A DNA stretch of 64,000 nucleotides from contig DATCTV010000034.1 of the NCBI GenBank assembly GCA_036567785.1, positions 102,468-166,467 of the forward strand, in the 5' to 3' direction. The position numbers and the translations under genes were made by a program. A model generated the notes under the pieces. The model ran no database searches and was not told the origin of the DNA. It saw nothing but the letters and a program-made list of their open reading frames with translations. Each line of letters starts with the position of its first letter. Within the stretch, counting starts at the first letter, position 1. Origin of the DNA: Desulfomonilia bacterium. Lineage in GTDB: Bacteria; Desulfobacterota; Desulfomonilia; UBA1062. Below, one piece after another: positions 1 to 9,829 of the stretch.

Positions 1-222
1 GAATGCCGCAAGATAAGCGATAAAATAGCCGCGTATAAAAAGCCCTGATTTTCCTGGCGCTACTCCATTTTTTTAGATTTATCAGTTCACTTTTAAGGCC
101 GCTTGATGAACTCTTCACAAGTCATCTTTCATTCTTCGGACGACAAACAAGGTTTTCATAACATGATATTATATCCAGCATACGCTCAAGTGTCATCATT
201 GCGGGTTACTTTAAAAAATATG

Positions 223-291
223 AACCACGAAGAACACGAAGAGAATCAAATAGAATCAGTTTTCTTCGTGTCCTTCGTGCTCTTCGTGGTT
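223..291. terminator. Imperfect ~19-bp stem-loop built from heptamer repeats (CACGAAG x2 / CTTCGTG x3). On the minus strand it is followed by a U6 run, so it is the likely intrinsic terminator of the minus-strand gene at 439..1662.
   Basis: Positions 223-233 (aaccacgaaga) are the exact reverse complement of 281-291. A further 7 bp of inner pairing gives a 27-nt loop. On the minus strand the stem is followed by TTTTTT (complement of aaaaaa at 214-219). Confidence 0.45.
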
Positions 292-438
292 AAAAATCAT
301 TTTGTTATATTGCCTTGAAAAACATTTGCTTATAGACAGTTATGGCTGATAAGCAGTTAAGCAGAATAAGAGGTTGAAAGGTTCTGTTTAACAGTTCTTG
401 AGCTTCATAACTTAACAGCTTCTTATTTCCTTCCTGCC

Positions 439-1662
439 TCAGGCCTCTTTTCTTTTCTTCAAATCCAGTGCGGCTTTCAGGCCTTTTTCACGTATCACCT
501 TGATCTTGAGCCCGGTCTCAGAGAGGCGGAAAAAGCGTTTGCCGTATTTCTTGAGAAGCCTTTCATCGATATCGAAACCCAGCCCCGGTTTTCTGAACGG
601 CTGCAAGAACGCGTTTTTATCAGGCAGAATCGGCGCGATTATCCCCTCGCGAAACTCGGGAATCCACGAGGGCTCTTCGAGCGGATATTCCAGTGGCAGC
701 ATGTTTCCCGGGTCGGCCAGCACCATATTCCAGTTGACGTAAAAGCCTATGCCGTTCGTCCATGTGTGGGGCGAATATTCCCGGCCCTTTTCATGGCATG
801 CATCGATCACCTTTTTCACCTGTGCGATGCCGCCTGCAAAGGTCGCATCCGGCTGATATACATGGAAGCAATCCTTTTCGAGCATGATCTTTATCTCGTC
901 CCAGCCGTAATTGAGCTCGGCCCCGGAAATCTTTATCTTCGAGATCTTTTTAAGCGCTGCGTTGTCGTCGTAATTGCGCGACTCTAGCGGCTCCTCCAGC
1001 CAGAGAAGGCCGTTTGCATGGCAGGCCTCGGCAAATTCCGTCGCACGCTTCAAATCCCAGTTCGGTATCTTATCGACGATGGATACAGGCCAGCCCTGGT
1101 TGGCGTCAACCCCGAGGCTCATCTTGCCACTAAGACCTTTTGAGACTGTTTCTATGTGGCGGATGTCTTCTTTCAATTCCCTGCTTTTCACCCGCAGCTT
1201 TGCGGTCTTGAACCCCCGCTCGCGCATGGCCAGCAGCTCGTCAACCCTCCTGTCCGGGTCATGTATCTCTCCTGTCGAGCAGTAAACCTCTATCGGCCGC
1301 GCTGTGCCTCCCAGAAGCTCATAGACAGGTTTTCCCTGAGCCTTTCCAATTATGTCCCAGCATGCGGGCTCTATCCAGAAATTGCGCCAGCCCAGAATCC
1401 CGGCCTGTTTGAGCAGATCCTGGGTCTTTTCAATATCCATAGGGTCGGCGCCAATCAGATAAGAACCAATCAGGTCGCCGAGCCCCTCCCGCTCGGTTCC
1501 CATAGCGGAACCTGCACTGTAACCCTCTATGCCGTCATCAGTAATAAGCTTTACAAGCGTAAACTTGTTGTGGGTCTGCGGATAGCCCGGTATCCATGTC
1601 GGCCAGAATGTGGCCTTTAGCGGTACGGAAACATGCCATAATTCAATTATCTTGATTTTCAT
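439..1662 (-). CDS. Enolase-superfamily enzyme, mandelate racemase / muconate lactonizing enzyme family (sugar-acid dehydratase-like)
   Basis: 407-aa ORF with the N-terminal capping domain and TIM-barrel metal-ligand pattern typical of MR/MLE family dehydratases (e.g. ...KLRVKS..., GVDANQGW, LWLEEP). Confidence 0.75.
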   Translation of the reverse strand: MKIKIIELWHVSVPLKATFWPTWIPGYPQTHNKFTLVKLITDDGIEGYSAGSAMGTEREGLGDLIGSYLIGADPMDIEKTQDLLKQAGILGWRNFWIEPACWDIIGKAQGKPVYELLGGTARPIEVYCSTGEIHDPDRRVDELLAMRERGFKTAKLRVKSRELKEDIRHIETVSKGLSGKMSLGVDANQGWPVSIVDKIPNWDLKRATEFAEACHANGLLWLEEPLESRNYDDNAALKKISKIKISGAELNYGWDEIKIMLEKDCFHVYQPDATFAGGIAQVKKVIDACHEKGREYSPHTWTNGIGFYVNWNMVLADPGNMLPLEYPLEEPSWIPEFREGIIAPILPDKNAFLQPFRKPGLGFDIDERLLKKYGKRFFRLSETGLKIKVIREKGLKAALDLKKRKEA

Positions 1663-1804
1663 ATTAACATCCCCCTTTCATCACATAATATATACTCGAA
1701 AAACTAATTATAAAACAATTTTGCTTGGATTAAGTATTATATTCTTATATTGGTTTAAGCATTCAATTGATGCCGTTTGGCAAAAAACATGAGAGGTGAG
1801 AAAT

Positions 1805-3136
1805 ATGCTGTCATGCAAAAACAAAAATGATGTCTTTGCTGCCGTTAAAGAATTCAACGTAAGTTTCATACAGTTCTGGTTCACCGATGTCCTGGGAAGG
1901 CTCAAGAGCTTCAGCGTCACACCGTCCGAACTTGAAGAAGGAATGGAAGAGGGCATGGGATTTGACGGCTCGTCGATTGAAGGCTTCGCCCGCATCCATG
2001 AGAGCGATATGATTGCGAAGGCCGACCCGGAAACCTTCCAGCTCATTGCATGGCGGCCGGGAGACAGGCCGGTGGCCCGGATGTTCTGCGATATAGTAAA
2101 CCCTGACGGCAAACCCTATGACGGATGTCCGCGCTGGGCTTTAAAACGCATACTGAAAAAAGCTGCATCAATGGGCTACCAAGTCTTCATGGGCCCTGAA
2201 CTCGAATATTTCTATTTCGCCAGTGAAAAGGCGCCCGAGACCATAGACAAGGCCGGGTATTTTGACGGGCTTCCCATCGACCTGGGCATCGACATCAAAC
2301 GGGAAACGATATTCGCGCTTCAGAAAATGGGCATAGAGGTTGAATACAGCCATCACGAGGTCGCACCATCCCAGCACGAAATCGACCTGAAATACAAGGA
2401 AGCCCTTGTGATGGCTGATACAGTCATGACCTACAGGACAACGGTAAAAGAGATCGCACGTCAGAAAGGCGTCTACGCCACCTTCATGCCGAAGCCGATT
2501 TTCGGCGAAAACGGTTCGGGCATGCATGTGCATCAGTCCCTGTTCAAGAACGGGAAAAACTCATTTTTCAACGAGAAGGACAAGTACCATCTGTCGGATA
2601 CAGGAAAACATTACATAGCGGGAATTCTCACTCATGCCCCCGAGATCACGGCCATCTGCAACCAGTGGATCAATTCCTACAAGAGGCTTGTCCCCGGCTA
2701 CGAAGCGCCTGTCTATGTCTCATGGGCTCGCAGGAATCGCTCGGCCATGGTAAGGGTTCCCATGTACAAGCCAGGCAAGGCCAACGCCACACGCATGGAA
2801 TACCGTTCTCCCGACCCGGCATGCAACCCGTATCTCGCATTTGCGGTAATGATTGCCGCAGGACTGAAAGGAATTGAAAACAAATACAAACTGCCCGAAC
2901 CGATTGAAGAGGACATCTTTGAAATGAATGAGAAAGAGCGCGAAAAAGCAGGCATCATTTCACTTCCCGGGAGTCTTCACGAGGCAGTCTGCGAGCTTCA
3001 GAAGAGCAAGCTGGTCCGCGAAACCCTCGGCGACCACATTTTCAATAAATTCATCGAAAACAAGAAAAAGGAATGGGATGCTTTCAGTACCCATATAAGC
3101 GCATTCGAAATAGAAAACTACCTGCCCGTTCTGTAA
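1805..3136 (+). CDS. glnA: Glutamine synthetase type I
   Basis: N-terminus MLSCKNKNDVFAAVKEFNVSFIQFWFTDVLG is typical of GS-I. Adenylylation-loop and GS catalytic motifs run through the 443 aa. The ATG at 1805 has an AGGTGA RBS 5-8 nt upstream. The track start at 1796 is a GTG inside that RBS. Confidence 0.9.
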   Translation: MLSCKNKNDVFAAVKEFNVSFIQFWFTDVLGRLKSFSVTPSELEEGMEEGMGFDGSSIEGFARIHESDMIAKADPETFQLIAWRPGDRPVARMFCDIVNPDGKPYDGCPRWALKRILKKAASMGYQVFMGPELEYFYFASEKAPETIDKAGYFDGLPIDLGIDIKRETIFALQKMGIEVEYSHHEVAPSQHEIDLKYKEALVMADTVMTYRTTVKEIARQKGVYATFMPKPIFGENGSGMHVHQSLFKNGKNSFFNEKDKYHLSDTGKHYIAGILTHAPEITAICNQWINSYKRLVPGYEAPVYVSWARRNRSAMVRVPMYKPGKANATRMEYRSPDPACNPYLAFAVMIAAGLKGIENKYKLPEPIEEDIFEMNEKEREKAGIISLPGSLHEAVCELQKSKLVRETLGDHIFNKFIENKKKEWDAFSTHISAFEIENYLPVL

Positions 3137-3146
3137 ATGCACAAGG

Positions 3147-3175
3147 GTTCCTGCTTGTTGAAGCAGGAGCCCTCT
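3147..3175 (+). terminator. Stem-loop just downstream of the glnA stop (ggttcctgctt-gttg-aagcaggagcc); no strong U-tract
   Basis: 10/11-bp inverted repeat with a 4-nt loop, 11 nt after the glnA stop. No poly-T follows, so the call is low confidence. Confidence 0.3.
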
Positions 3176-3420
3176 GAGACAAAGCGAGCAAAACAGCATG
3201 GCACTCAATTGATATTCAACCTTACCAAATATCTCATCAAGACCATAATTTTACCGGATGTGGAATAAATTTACTCCTTCTTGCCTGATCATCGTTTTGA
3301 TAATTCCGATAGATCATATGTATTCATTAAGTTATAATCCTTATCCGAAGGTATGCCGTTTGCATGAATTGAGACATTGAGAACTTACAGGACAGTATCT
3401 TGAATCAAGGGGAGGTTGGA

Positions 3421-4422
3421 ATGAAGATATCAAATGGCAGAGGATACTCAAGAAGGGACTTCATCAGGCTTACCGGTAAAGGTGCAGGGTTTGTCGCTTT
3501 GTCATCCCTGCCGCTCGCGCTTACCGCATGCGATCCTGACAGATATTTTTATTTTGCCGTAATTGCTGACACTCATATAATAGACGAGTTCTATAAGGGT
3601 CCGGAAAGCAACCCTGTTGACACCGAATCCATGTTCAAGACTGCCGAGCGCTATACGGCGGCAAGGGATGTTATCAACAGCCTTGATCCGAAAATCGAGG
3701 CCGTTTTCATCGCAGGCGATTATATCCACAATTACCCTTCAAGGGATTATGATTTCTATTTCAGCAACAGAACCCGTTTCGACATAGTAAAAGAGATTAC
3801 CGCCGGTTTCAACATGCCTGTATATCCATGCTTCGGAAATCATGATTATGACCTTCCCGACATACCGCTCGAATTCTCGCATGCGCTTTTCAGGGAAAAA
3901 TGGGGGCTTGATCCCTATTATTATATTGACCTGAAGGGATTCCGCTTCATCCATTTGAACAACTACTTAGGCTGCTCAATGGACCCGGAAAGCGGAAAAT
4001 ATAATAACGATCTCGGCTCGTTCGGTGAAGAGCAGCTGCTCTGGCTCGAAGCGCTGCTTGCGGAAAAAAAGCCCAGCTTCGTCTTCTTCCATCAGCCCAT
4101 GATCATGATAATGCCTAATGAAATCGGCGACCTTGATGTCTTTTCCGTGCTGAACAAGCACAGGAATTGCGTAAAGATGGTCATTGCAGGCCACTGGCAC
4201 AGATGGGTGGACTTCAGCTGGCTGTTCGGCGTCAGGCATATGGTATGCGCATCGACCCGCTATGACGGCGACAGCTACATGATCATAGAGGTTGACAGGC
4301 AGACACAGGGATTCCGTATCCTCAACTGGCCGTGCTACCAGTGGATCACATTCAATACCGCCCCGTACACGCAGAGTCAGCACAAATATCTTGCAAAAGG
4401 GGCCTGGGCAAAAAATACATAA
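3421..4422 (+). CDS. Tat-exported (probably lipid-anchored) metallophosphoesterase, calcineurin-like
   Basis: Twin-arginine motif SRRDFIR followed by a hydrophobic stretch and LTAC lipobox. Metallophosphoesterase motifs GDYIHN and GNHDYD. GGAGG RBS 6 nt upstream of the ATG at 3421. Confidence 0.75.
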   Translation: MKISNGRGYSRRDFIRLTGKGAGFVALSSLPLALTACDPDRYFYFAVIADTHIIDEFYKGPESNPVDTESMFKTAERYTAARDVINSLDPKIEAVFIAGDYIHNYPSRDYDFYFSNRTRFDIVKEITAGFNMPVYPCFGNHDYDLPDIPLEFSHALFREKWGLDPYYYIDLKGFRFIHLNNYLGCSMDPESGKYNNDLGSFGEEQLLWLEALLAEKKPSFVFFHQPMIMIMPNEIGDLDVFSVLNKHRNCVKMVIAGHWHRWVDFSWLFGVRHMVCASTRYDGDSYMIIEVDRQTQGFRILNWPCYQWITFNTAPYTQSQHKYLAKGAWAKNT

Positions 4423-4495
4423 AAGAGCCTGTGAGAGTTTTTAAAATTTTTGCCCTTCAGTTATTCTTTATTTACGCCGATTAATTGACCTAGCC

Positions 4496-5155
4496 ATGAT
4501 TATGAATAATCCATTCCCGGCATATGTCGGTTATGCAGCCCTCACCCCGGAAACCGCACGCGATTTCGTGCTTTCCAGTGAGGAATCCAGCCTTCTGGGA
4601 CCCAAGGCGGTAAAAAAGAGACGGGACGAATTTTATCTGGGGCGGGCGGCCTGCAATGCGGCGCTCAAATCAATCGGAATAGAAAATCCCGGGCCAGTCC
4701 TCAAAGGCCCATCCAGCGAACCTCTGTGGCCCAAAAACATAATAGGCGCCTTGAGCCATTGTCCAGGGATAGCTGTCTGCGCCGTATGCCATGATAATAT
4801 GCTCATGGGGCTGGGTATCGATATTGAAGAGCTTCCCGGCGACATGCCGCAGGATGTCATCAGGCTGGTCTGCACCGGAAAGGAAATGGAATGGGTAGGA
4901 AACGAGACTTATAAGATGAAAATGATCTTTTCCGCCAAGGAGGCGGCTTTCAAGGCGTTCTTCCCGTCCGTGGGCGTGTACATGGATTTCAAGGATGCAG
5001 AACTTCATTGGAACGAGCAAAAAACCGCCTTTGATGCCAGACTTTTAAAAAAGTATCTTCCGTTTGAAAAGGGGTTTTCCTTTGAAATAGGGTGCAGAAT
5101 AAATTCCCGCTATATACTGAGTTATATCATGCTTAAAAAGCAGCCGGCGGTTTAG
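4496..5155 (+). CDS. 4'-phosphopantetheinyl transferase, Sfp/EntD type
   Basis: 219 aa with PPTase motifs GALSHC, GIDIE and FSAKEAAFKA. The size fits the Sfp/EntD class rather than the 125-aa AcpS class. Confidence 0.7.
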   Translation: MIMNNPFPAYVGYAALTPETARDFVLSSEESSLLGPKAVKKRRDEFYLGRAACNAALKSIGIENPGPVLKGPSSEPLWPKNIIGALSHCPGIAVCAVCHDNMLMGLGIDIEELPGDMPQDVIRLVCTGKEMEWVGNETYKMKMIFSAKEAAFKAFFPSVGVYMDFKDAELHWNEQKTAFDARLLKKYLPFEKGFSFEIGCRINSRYILSYIMLKKQPAV

Positions 5156-6630
5156 AACTTATCCACCAGTTCCTTCGGCCTGCCTATGCTCGACTTTATC
5201 TGTATGACCTTGCCGCTAACCGGGTCCCTTGGTATCATGTCCAGTATCTCGCCCTCGAAGGTCATCCTTCCGGCAAGCCCTTCGCGCTCCATGTTGAACT
5301 CCATGATCTTCACCAGATCCTCGGGTGTTATCGTGCCGGGCTTTTCCGGTACAATTCTGAATACGGCCTTGTCCCTTTCGACCTGGTCGATCTGATACTC
5401 CTTGAACCCCTGCATATTGAGCGCCGGAACAAGGAAGATATACGGATGGACAGGTTCATAACCGCCGCCTGGTTTTGATATGAAGAGTATCTCTTCTGTC
5501 CTGCCCTCGACAGCTTTTATTTTCGGAAGCCTGTTTCCGCATGTGCAGCCGGCATCGTCCATGATGACACGATCGTTGACCTCATACCTGATCATCGGTT
5601 GTGCGTATGTGTACAGATTTGTTACGAGCACCCTGGTACTGGATTTTCCGGGCGGCACAGGCTTGTAGTTTTCGTCTACCGGTTCGAAGATTACCAGATC
5701 GCTGTTTATATGCATGCCCGAATGCAGTTCGCATTCCCTTGCCATGATGATGCTCTCGCACGCGCCATAGGTGTTGGTCACGTCGATTCCAAAGGCCTTC
5801 CTCACCATTTCCCGTGTCTTGTTGCTGAGCGGTTCGCTGATCGAGATTATCGAACACCTCGAATCGTCGAACCTAAGTCTGAGCCTTCCCTCGAGCTGTT
5901 CATATGCGAGGTAGTTGAGCGAACTCGGGTATATCTGGATGACGTGCGGCTGGAATTCGTTGAGCTGCTCCACCAGCTTGTCAAGCGGAGTGAATATCGA
6001 GAAGAACCTGTTTTTCATCAGAGGATGGTCTTCTACCGTGCAAACCCTGAATGTGACCACAAAGCTGGCCGAATGGCTGTTGATGAGCATGATGTTGGCA
6101 ATCTTCAGCGGTTTGTAGACAATCGATTTGAGAAGAGTCAGAGGGTTGGCCGCGTCATTGCTGCCTCTGGACATTGCGACTGCGAACACATTCCTGAATT
6201 CCTCCCAGTGGTAGCCCATAATGGCCTTCTCTCCCGTGGTTCCGGAGGAGTTGAGGATCACGAAATCGTTCTTGTAGTTGACGGATGCGTTCTCGGGGAT
6301 CTTGAGGTATTCGGTCAGGTCTTTTCTGTTGAGCCTTTTGTCAGTGACCAGCCTGTCATAATTATCCATCATCTTTCTTTTTGTGAGCGTCGGCAGGTCG
6401 GTTATGCTGCACGTGTCTATATTGATGCCCTTGTAGTGTTCCCTGTAAAACTCGGAATTTGCTACGGCATGCTTGATCAGACGCCGGAATTTAAGCTCCT
6501 GCAGTTTCGTAATCTGTTCAGGATAAAGATGCAGGTTTCTGTCGAATTCCCTTTTGAGCTTAAGGGTCTTCAGGACTTGTTTTGTGTCTGTCCAGTAGTA
6601 CCTTGCCTTCTCAAATAAACTTGCTTCCAT
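5152..6630 (-). CDS. Adenylate-forming enzyme of the PaaK / coenzyme F390 synthetase-like family (acyl- or aryl-CoA/ACP ligase)
   Basis: 492 aa with the PaaK-type P-loop NSSGTTGEK and C-terminal adenylation-domain layout. The 3' end overlaps the PPTase gene by 4 nt (convergent). Confidence 0.65.
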   Translation of the reverse strand: MEASLFEKARYYWTDTKQVLKTLKLKREFDRNLHLYPEQITKLQELKFRRLIKHAVANSEFYREHYKGINIDTCSITDLPTLTKRKMMDNYDRLVTDKRLNRKDLTEYLKIPENASVNYKNDFVILNSSGTTGEKAIMGYHWEEFRNVFAVAMSRGSNDAANPLTLLKSIVYKPLKIANIMLINSHSASFVVTFRVCTVEDHPLMKNRFFSIFTPLDKLVEQLNEFQPHVIQIYPSSLNYLAYEQLEGRLRLRFDDSRCSIISISEPLSNKTREMVRKAFGIDVTNTYGACESIIMARECELHSGMHINSDLVIFEPVDENYKPVPPGKSSTRVLVTNLYTYAQPMIRYEVNDRVIMDDAGCTCGNRLPKIKAVEGRTEEILFISKPGGGYEPVHPYIFLVPALNMQGFKEYQIDQVERDKAVFRIVPEKPGTITPEDLVKIMEFNMEREGLAGRMTFEGEILDMIPRDPVSGKVIQIKSSIGRPKELVDKF

Positions 6631-6723
6631 AACAATTTCCTGCCATTTACAATTTTATTTTCTGAGGATTATAGCACAGATAACTCTTGATCGCATAAAT
6701 AAATTTAACGGGCGGTATAAATC

Positions 6724-7062
6724 ATGCGGAAGCTTAAAGGATTTGAAAGAACATACCTGAGAGGGCTGGCTCACAGTTTAAAACCGGTTGTGCAGATAGG
6801 AAAAAACGGCCTGAAAAATGAGGTGGTGGGATCCATCGAAGAGGCCTTTTCGACAAGAGAGCTGATCAAGATCAAATTCAATGAATTCAAGGAGGAAAAA
6901 AAGACCATCTCAAAAGAGATCGAGGAAATCACCGGAAGCGAGATGGTTGGCATGATAGGCAACATCGCAATCTTTTTCAAAGAAAACGACGATGAAACAA
7001 AACGCAGGATCAAACTGCCTGCAAAGGTTACCTCCCGTGGAATACACAAATCTAAACAGTGA
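6724..7062 (+). CDS. yhbY: CRM-domain RNA-binding protein YhbY
   Basis: LRGLAHSLKPVVQIGKNGL...ELIKIKF closely matches the E. coli YhbY core (KGLAHPLKPVVLLGSNGL...ELIKVKI). Confidence 0.8.
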   Translation: MRKLKGFERTYLRGLAHSLKPVVQIGKNGLKNEVVGSIEEAFSTRELIKIKFNEFKEEKKTISKEIEEITGSEMVGMIGNIAIFFKENDDETKRRIKLPAKVTSRGIHKSKQ

Positions 7063-8452
7063 AATCCTTGACGGTCTTGCCGCTATAGTCGGCCCCGGCA
7101 ATGTCATGACCGAAGCGGAACTTATTGAGCCCTATTCCCATGATGAGTTCGCAGAAAAAGATATCAGGAGGTTGCCGGCCTGCGTTGTCAGGCCCGGAAG
7201 CACAGGCGAGGTAAGTAAGATACTCAATCTTGCGGACATTCATAGAATTCCTGTGACCCCCAGGGGAGGCGGAACCGGTTTGTGCGGCGGCTGCGTGCCC
7301 GTTTCAGGCGGCATAGTTCTTTCGCTTGAAAGGATGAAGAGAATAATCGATATCGACAAAACCAACCTCATGGCGGTGGTCGAAGCCGGAGTAACCTTGA
7401 GGGAATTCTATGAAGCGATAGAAAATAGCGGCCTTCTGTTCCCTCCGCATCCGGGTGATGAAGGTGCGCAGATAGGAGGACTTATCGCCACTAACGCAGG
7501 CGGGGCGCGTGCAGTTAAATACGGGGTGATAAGAAATTATGTGCGCGGCATGGAGGTGGTCCTTGCCGGCGGAAAGGTTATTGAACTCGGCGGCAAGCTC
7601 ATGAAGAGTTCAACCGGCTACAGCCTGCTCAACCTTATGACAGGCTCTGAAGGAACCCTGGGGATTGTCACGAAAGCGACACTGAACCTTACCCCGCCTC
7701 CCGGGGCGATGTTCACCCTGGTGGTACCTTTCAAAACAATAGCCGACGCAATCAGGACAGTGCCGTTGATACTTATTAATCGCATAATTCCCATGGCTGT
7801 TGAGTTCATTGACATGAAGGCAATAACCGTAACCGAGCGGTATTTGAACAGGAAATGGCCGTGTGAAGAAGGAGAGGCGCATCTGATGTTTATTGTGGAT
7901 GCCCCTGACAGGGACGACCTTCTTGAGCTTTCGGGCCGGATTTCGGAGATATGCCTTTCCGAAGGTGCAATCGATGTCTATGTGGCCGATGACAGCGAAA
8001 AGCAGAAGAACGTGCTCACGATAAGGAGCCTCATGTACGAAGCCCTTCACGACCACATGATCGATCTGCTCGACGTGTGTGTTCCCAGGGCTTCAATCGA
8101 CAGGTTCGTGAATGAAGTCCGCGAGGCAGAGAAGGCCTTCGGGGTATGGCTTCCCGTTTACGGGCATGCGGCGGACGGTAATGTCCATGTGCACCTGATG
8201 AAGGATGCATGGGATGACGGGGTATGGAAAGCGATTCCTGATTCCCGTAATAAGGCTCATGCAATAAGGGACCGGCTGCATGAGGCGGGCAGAAGGCTTG
8301 ACGGAGTAGTGTCCGGCGAACACGGGATAGGCATTGTCAAGAAACAGTATATGCCATTATTCCTTGATGCCGCTCAGCTGGAACTCATGAAGGGAATCAA
8401 AAAAGTTTTCGATCCTAACGGGATAATGAACCCAGGCAAGGTGATCCCATGA
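7037..8452 (+). CDS. FAD-linked oxidase, GlcD / D-lactate dehydrogenase-like
   Basis: FAD-binding PCMH domain (…HRIPVTPRGGGTGLCGG…) and a C-terminal FAD-oxidase domain. Probable GTG start at 7037 with AAAGG upstream. The track ATG at 6992 overlaps yhbY and lies in a poor context. Confidence 0.7.
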   Translation: MEYTNLNSEILDGLAAIVGPGNVMTEAELIEPYSHDEFAEKDIRRLPACVVRPGSTGEVSKILNLADIHRIPVTPRGGGTGLCGGCVPVSGGIVLSLERMKRIIDIDKTNLMAVVEAGVTLREFYEAIENSGLLFPPHPGDEGAQIGGLIATNAGGARAVKYGVIRNYVRGMEVVLAGGKVIELGGKLMKSSTGYSLLNLMTGSEGTLGIVTKATLNLTPPPGAMFTLVVPFKTIADAIRTVPLILINRIIPMAVEFIDMKAITVTERYLNRKWPCEEGEAHLMFIVDAPDRDDLLELSGRISEICLSEGAIDVYVADDSEKQKNVLTIRSLMYEALHDHMIDLLDVCVPRASIDRFVNEVREAEKAFGVWLPVYGHAADGNVHVHLMKDAWDDGVWKAIPDSRNKAHAIRDRLHEAGRRLDGVVSGEHGIGIVKKQYMPLFLDAAQLELMKGIKKVFDPNGIMNPGKVIP

Positions 8453-8521
8453 ACATGACTTCGGCTTGACGGCATGCATGAATTGCCGGTAGAAAAATGA
8501 AAATAAATTTCAGAGGGGACC

Positions 8522-9745
8522 ATGATAAGATTAAATGAAAACTATTTGAAGCTTCAGTCATCATACCTGTTTTCGGAGATAGCAAAGCGGGTGGCCGCTT
8601 TCCAGAAGGAAAACCCCGGCAAAGAGGTCATCAGGCTGGGTATCGGTGACGTTACCAGGGCCCTTCCCGATGCGTGCATAGAGGCGTTTCACAAGGCAAC
8701 CGATGAGATGGCCGATGATGCCACATTCCGCGGTTACGGCCCTGAGCAGGGCTATGACTTTCTGCGCGAAGCGATCGCCAGAGAAGACTTTCAGGCAAGA
8801 GGCGCTGAAATAAGCGCGGATGAGGTGTTCGTAAGTGACGGCGCAAAATGCGACACCGGAAATATACAGGAGCTTTTTGCAGGCGACATCAACGTTGCGA
8901 TACCCGATCCGGTCTATCCGGTCTACATAGACACAAACGTCATGGCGGGAAGAACAGGGAAATACAAAGATGGCCGCTACGACGGCGTCACATACCTCGA
9001 CTGCACCAAGGAAAACCATTTCGTGCCGGAGCTGCCCAGAGAGCCTGTCGACCTGATTTACCTCTGCTTTCCAAACAACCCGACCGGCGCCACCATCACA
9101 AAGGCTGAACTTGAAAAATGGGTCGATTATGCAAGGAAGAACAGGGCGCTCATAATCTACGATGCAGCCTATGAAGAGTTCATCCGGGATGAAGAACTGC
9201 CAAGAAGCATATTCGAGATAAAGGGTGCGCGCGAAGTGGCGATAGAGTCACGCAGCTATTCCAAGACAGCAGGCTTTACGGGTGTCCGCTGCGCCTATAC
9301 AGTGATACCTAAAGAGTGCATGGCCTATGATGCGGCCGGGAATAAACATCCCTTGCACGGGTTCTGGAACAGGAGGCATACGACCAAGTTCAACGGGGTG
9401 AGCTATCCGGTGCAGCGTGCGGCTGAAGCCACATATTCAGAAGAGGGGAAAAAACAGGTCAAGGAGCTGAGCAACTATTACCTGGAAAACGCAAAGCTCA
9501 TCAGGCAGACCGTTACAGGACTCGGTTTGGCATGTACCGGCGGCGAAAACTCTCCTTATATATGGGTGGATACTCAAAGAGATTCCTGGGAGTTCTTCAG
9601 CATGCTCCTTGAGAAGGCAGGCGTTGTAACCACACCCGGCGCCGGATTCGGCAGATGCGGTCAGGGCTTCATCCGCATCAGCGCATTCAATTCAAGGGAC
9701 AACGTTGAAAAGGCCCTTACCAGGATCAAAGAGGCGCTTAAATAG
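8522..9745 (+). CDS. dapL: LL-diaminopimelate aminotransferase
   Basis: 407 aa. N-terminus [20 protein letters not shown] and a fold-type I PLP aminotransferase body characteristic of DapL. Confidence 0.8.
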   Translation: MIRLNENYLKLQSSYLFSEIAKRVAAFQKENPGKEVIRLGIGDVTRALPDACIEAFHKATDEMADDATFRGYGPEQGYDFLREAIAREDFQARGAEISADEVFVSDGAKCDTGNIQELFAGDINVAIPDPVYPVYIDTNVMAGRTGKYKDGRYDGVTYLDCTKENHFVPELPREPVDLIYLCFPNNPTGATITKAELEKWVDYARKNRALIIYDAAYEEFIRDEELPRSIFEIKGAREVAIESRSYSKTAGFTGVRCAYTVIPKECMAYDAAGNKHPLHGFWNRRHTTKFNGVSYPVQRAAEATYSEEGKKQVKELSNYYLENAKLIRQTVTGLGLACTGGENSPYIWVDTQRDSWEFFSMLLEKAGVVTTPGAGFGRCGQGFIRISAFNSRDNVEKALTRIKEALK

Positions 9746-9829
9746 TCCTCATGCCGACATATGAACACTTTGAAGATTTGCCGGTCTGGAAGGAAGCAGC
9801 CAGCCTTTATAATATAAAGGAGGTGTATA

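Noticed and set aside
1-48. Possible 3' end of a plus-strand CDS entering from the left edge (…ECRKISDKIAAYKKP*)
   Set aside because: Only 16 codons are visible, so it cannot be assessed.
103-318. 71-aa plus-strand ORF in the first intergenic region
   Set aside because: It spans the heptamer-repeat hairpin, has no RBS and has a low-complexity translation, so it is most likely a chance ORF created by the inverted repeat.
1663-1804. Sigma-54 (TGGCAC-N5-TTGC) promoter upstream of glnA
   Set aside because: I scanned for GG-N10-GC elements. The best candidates (TGGTTTaagcaTTCA; TGGCAaaaaacATGA) fail at the -12 GC, so no convincing sigma-54 site.
5599-6618. 339-aa plus-strand ORF
   Set aside because: Entirely antisense to the PaaK-like adenylating enzyme gene, which has clear family motifs. 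Cys/His-rich nonsense composition.
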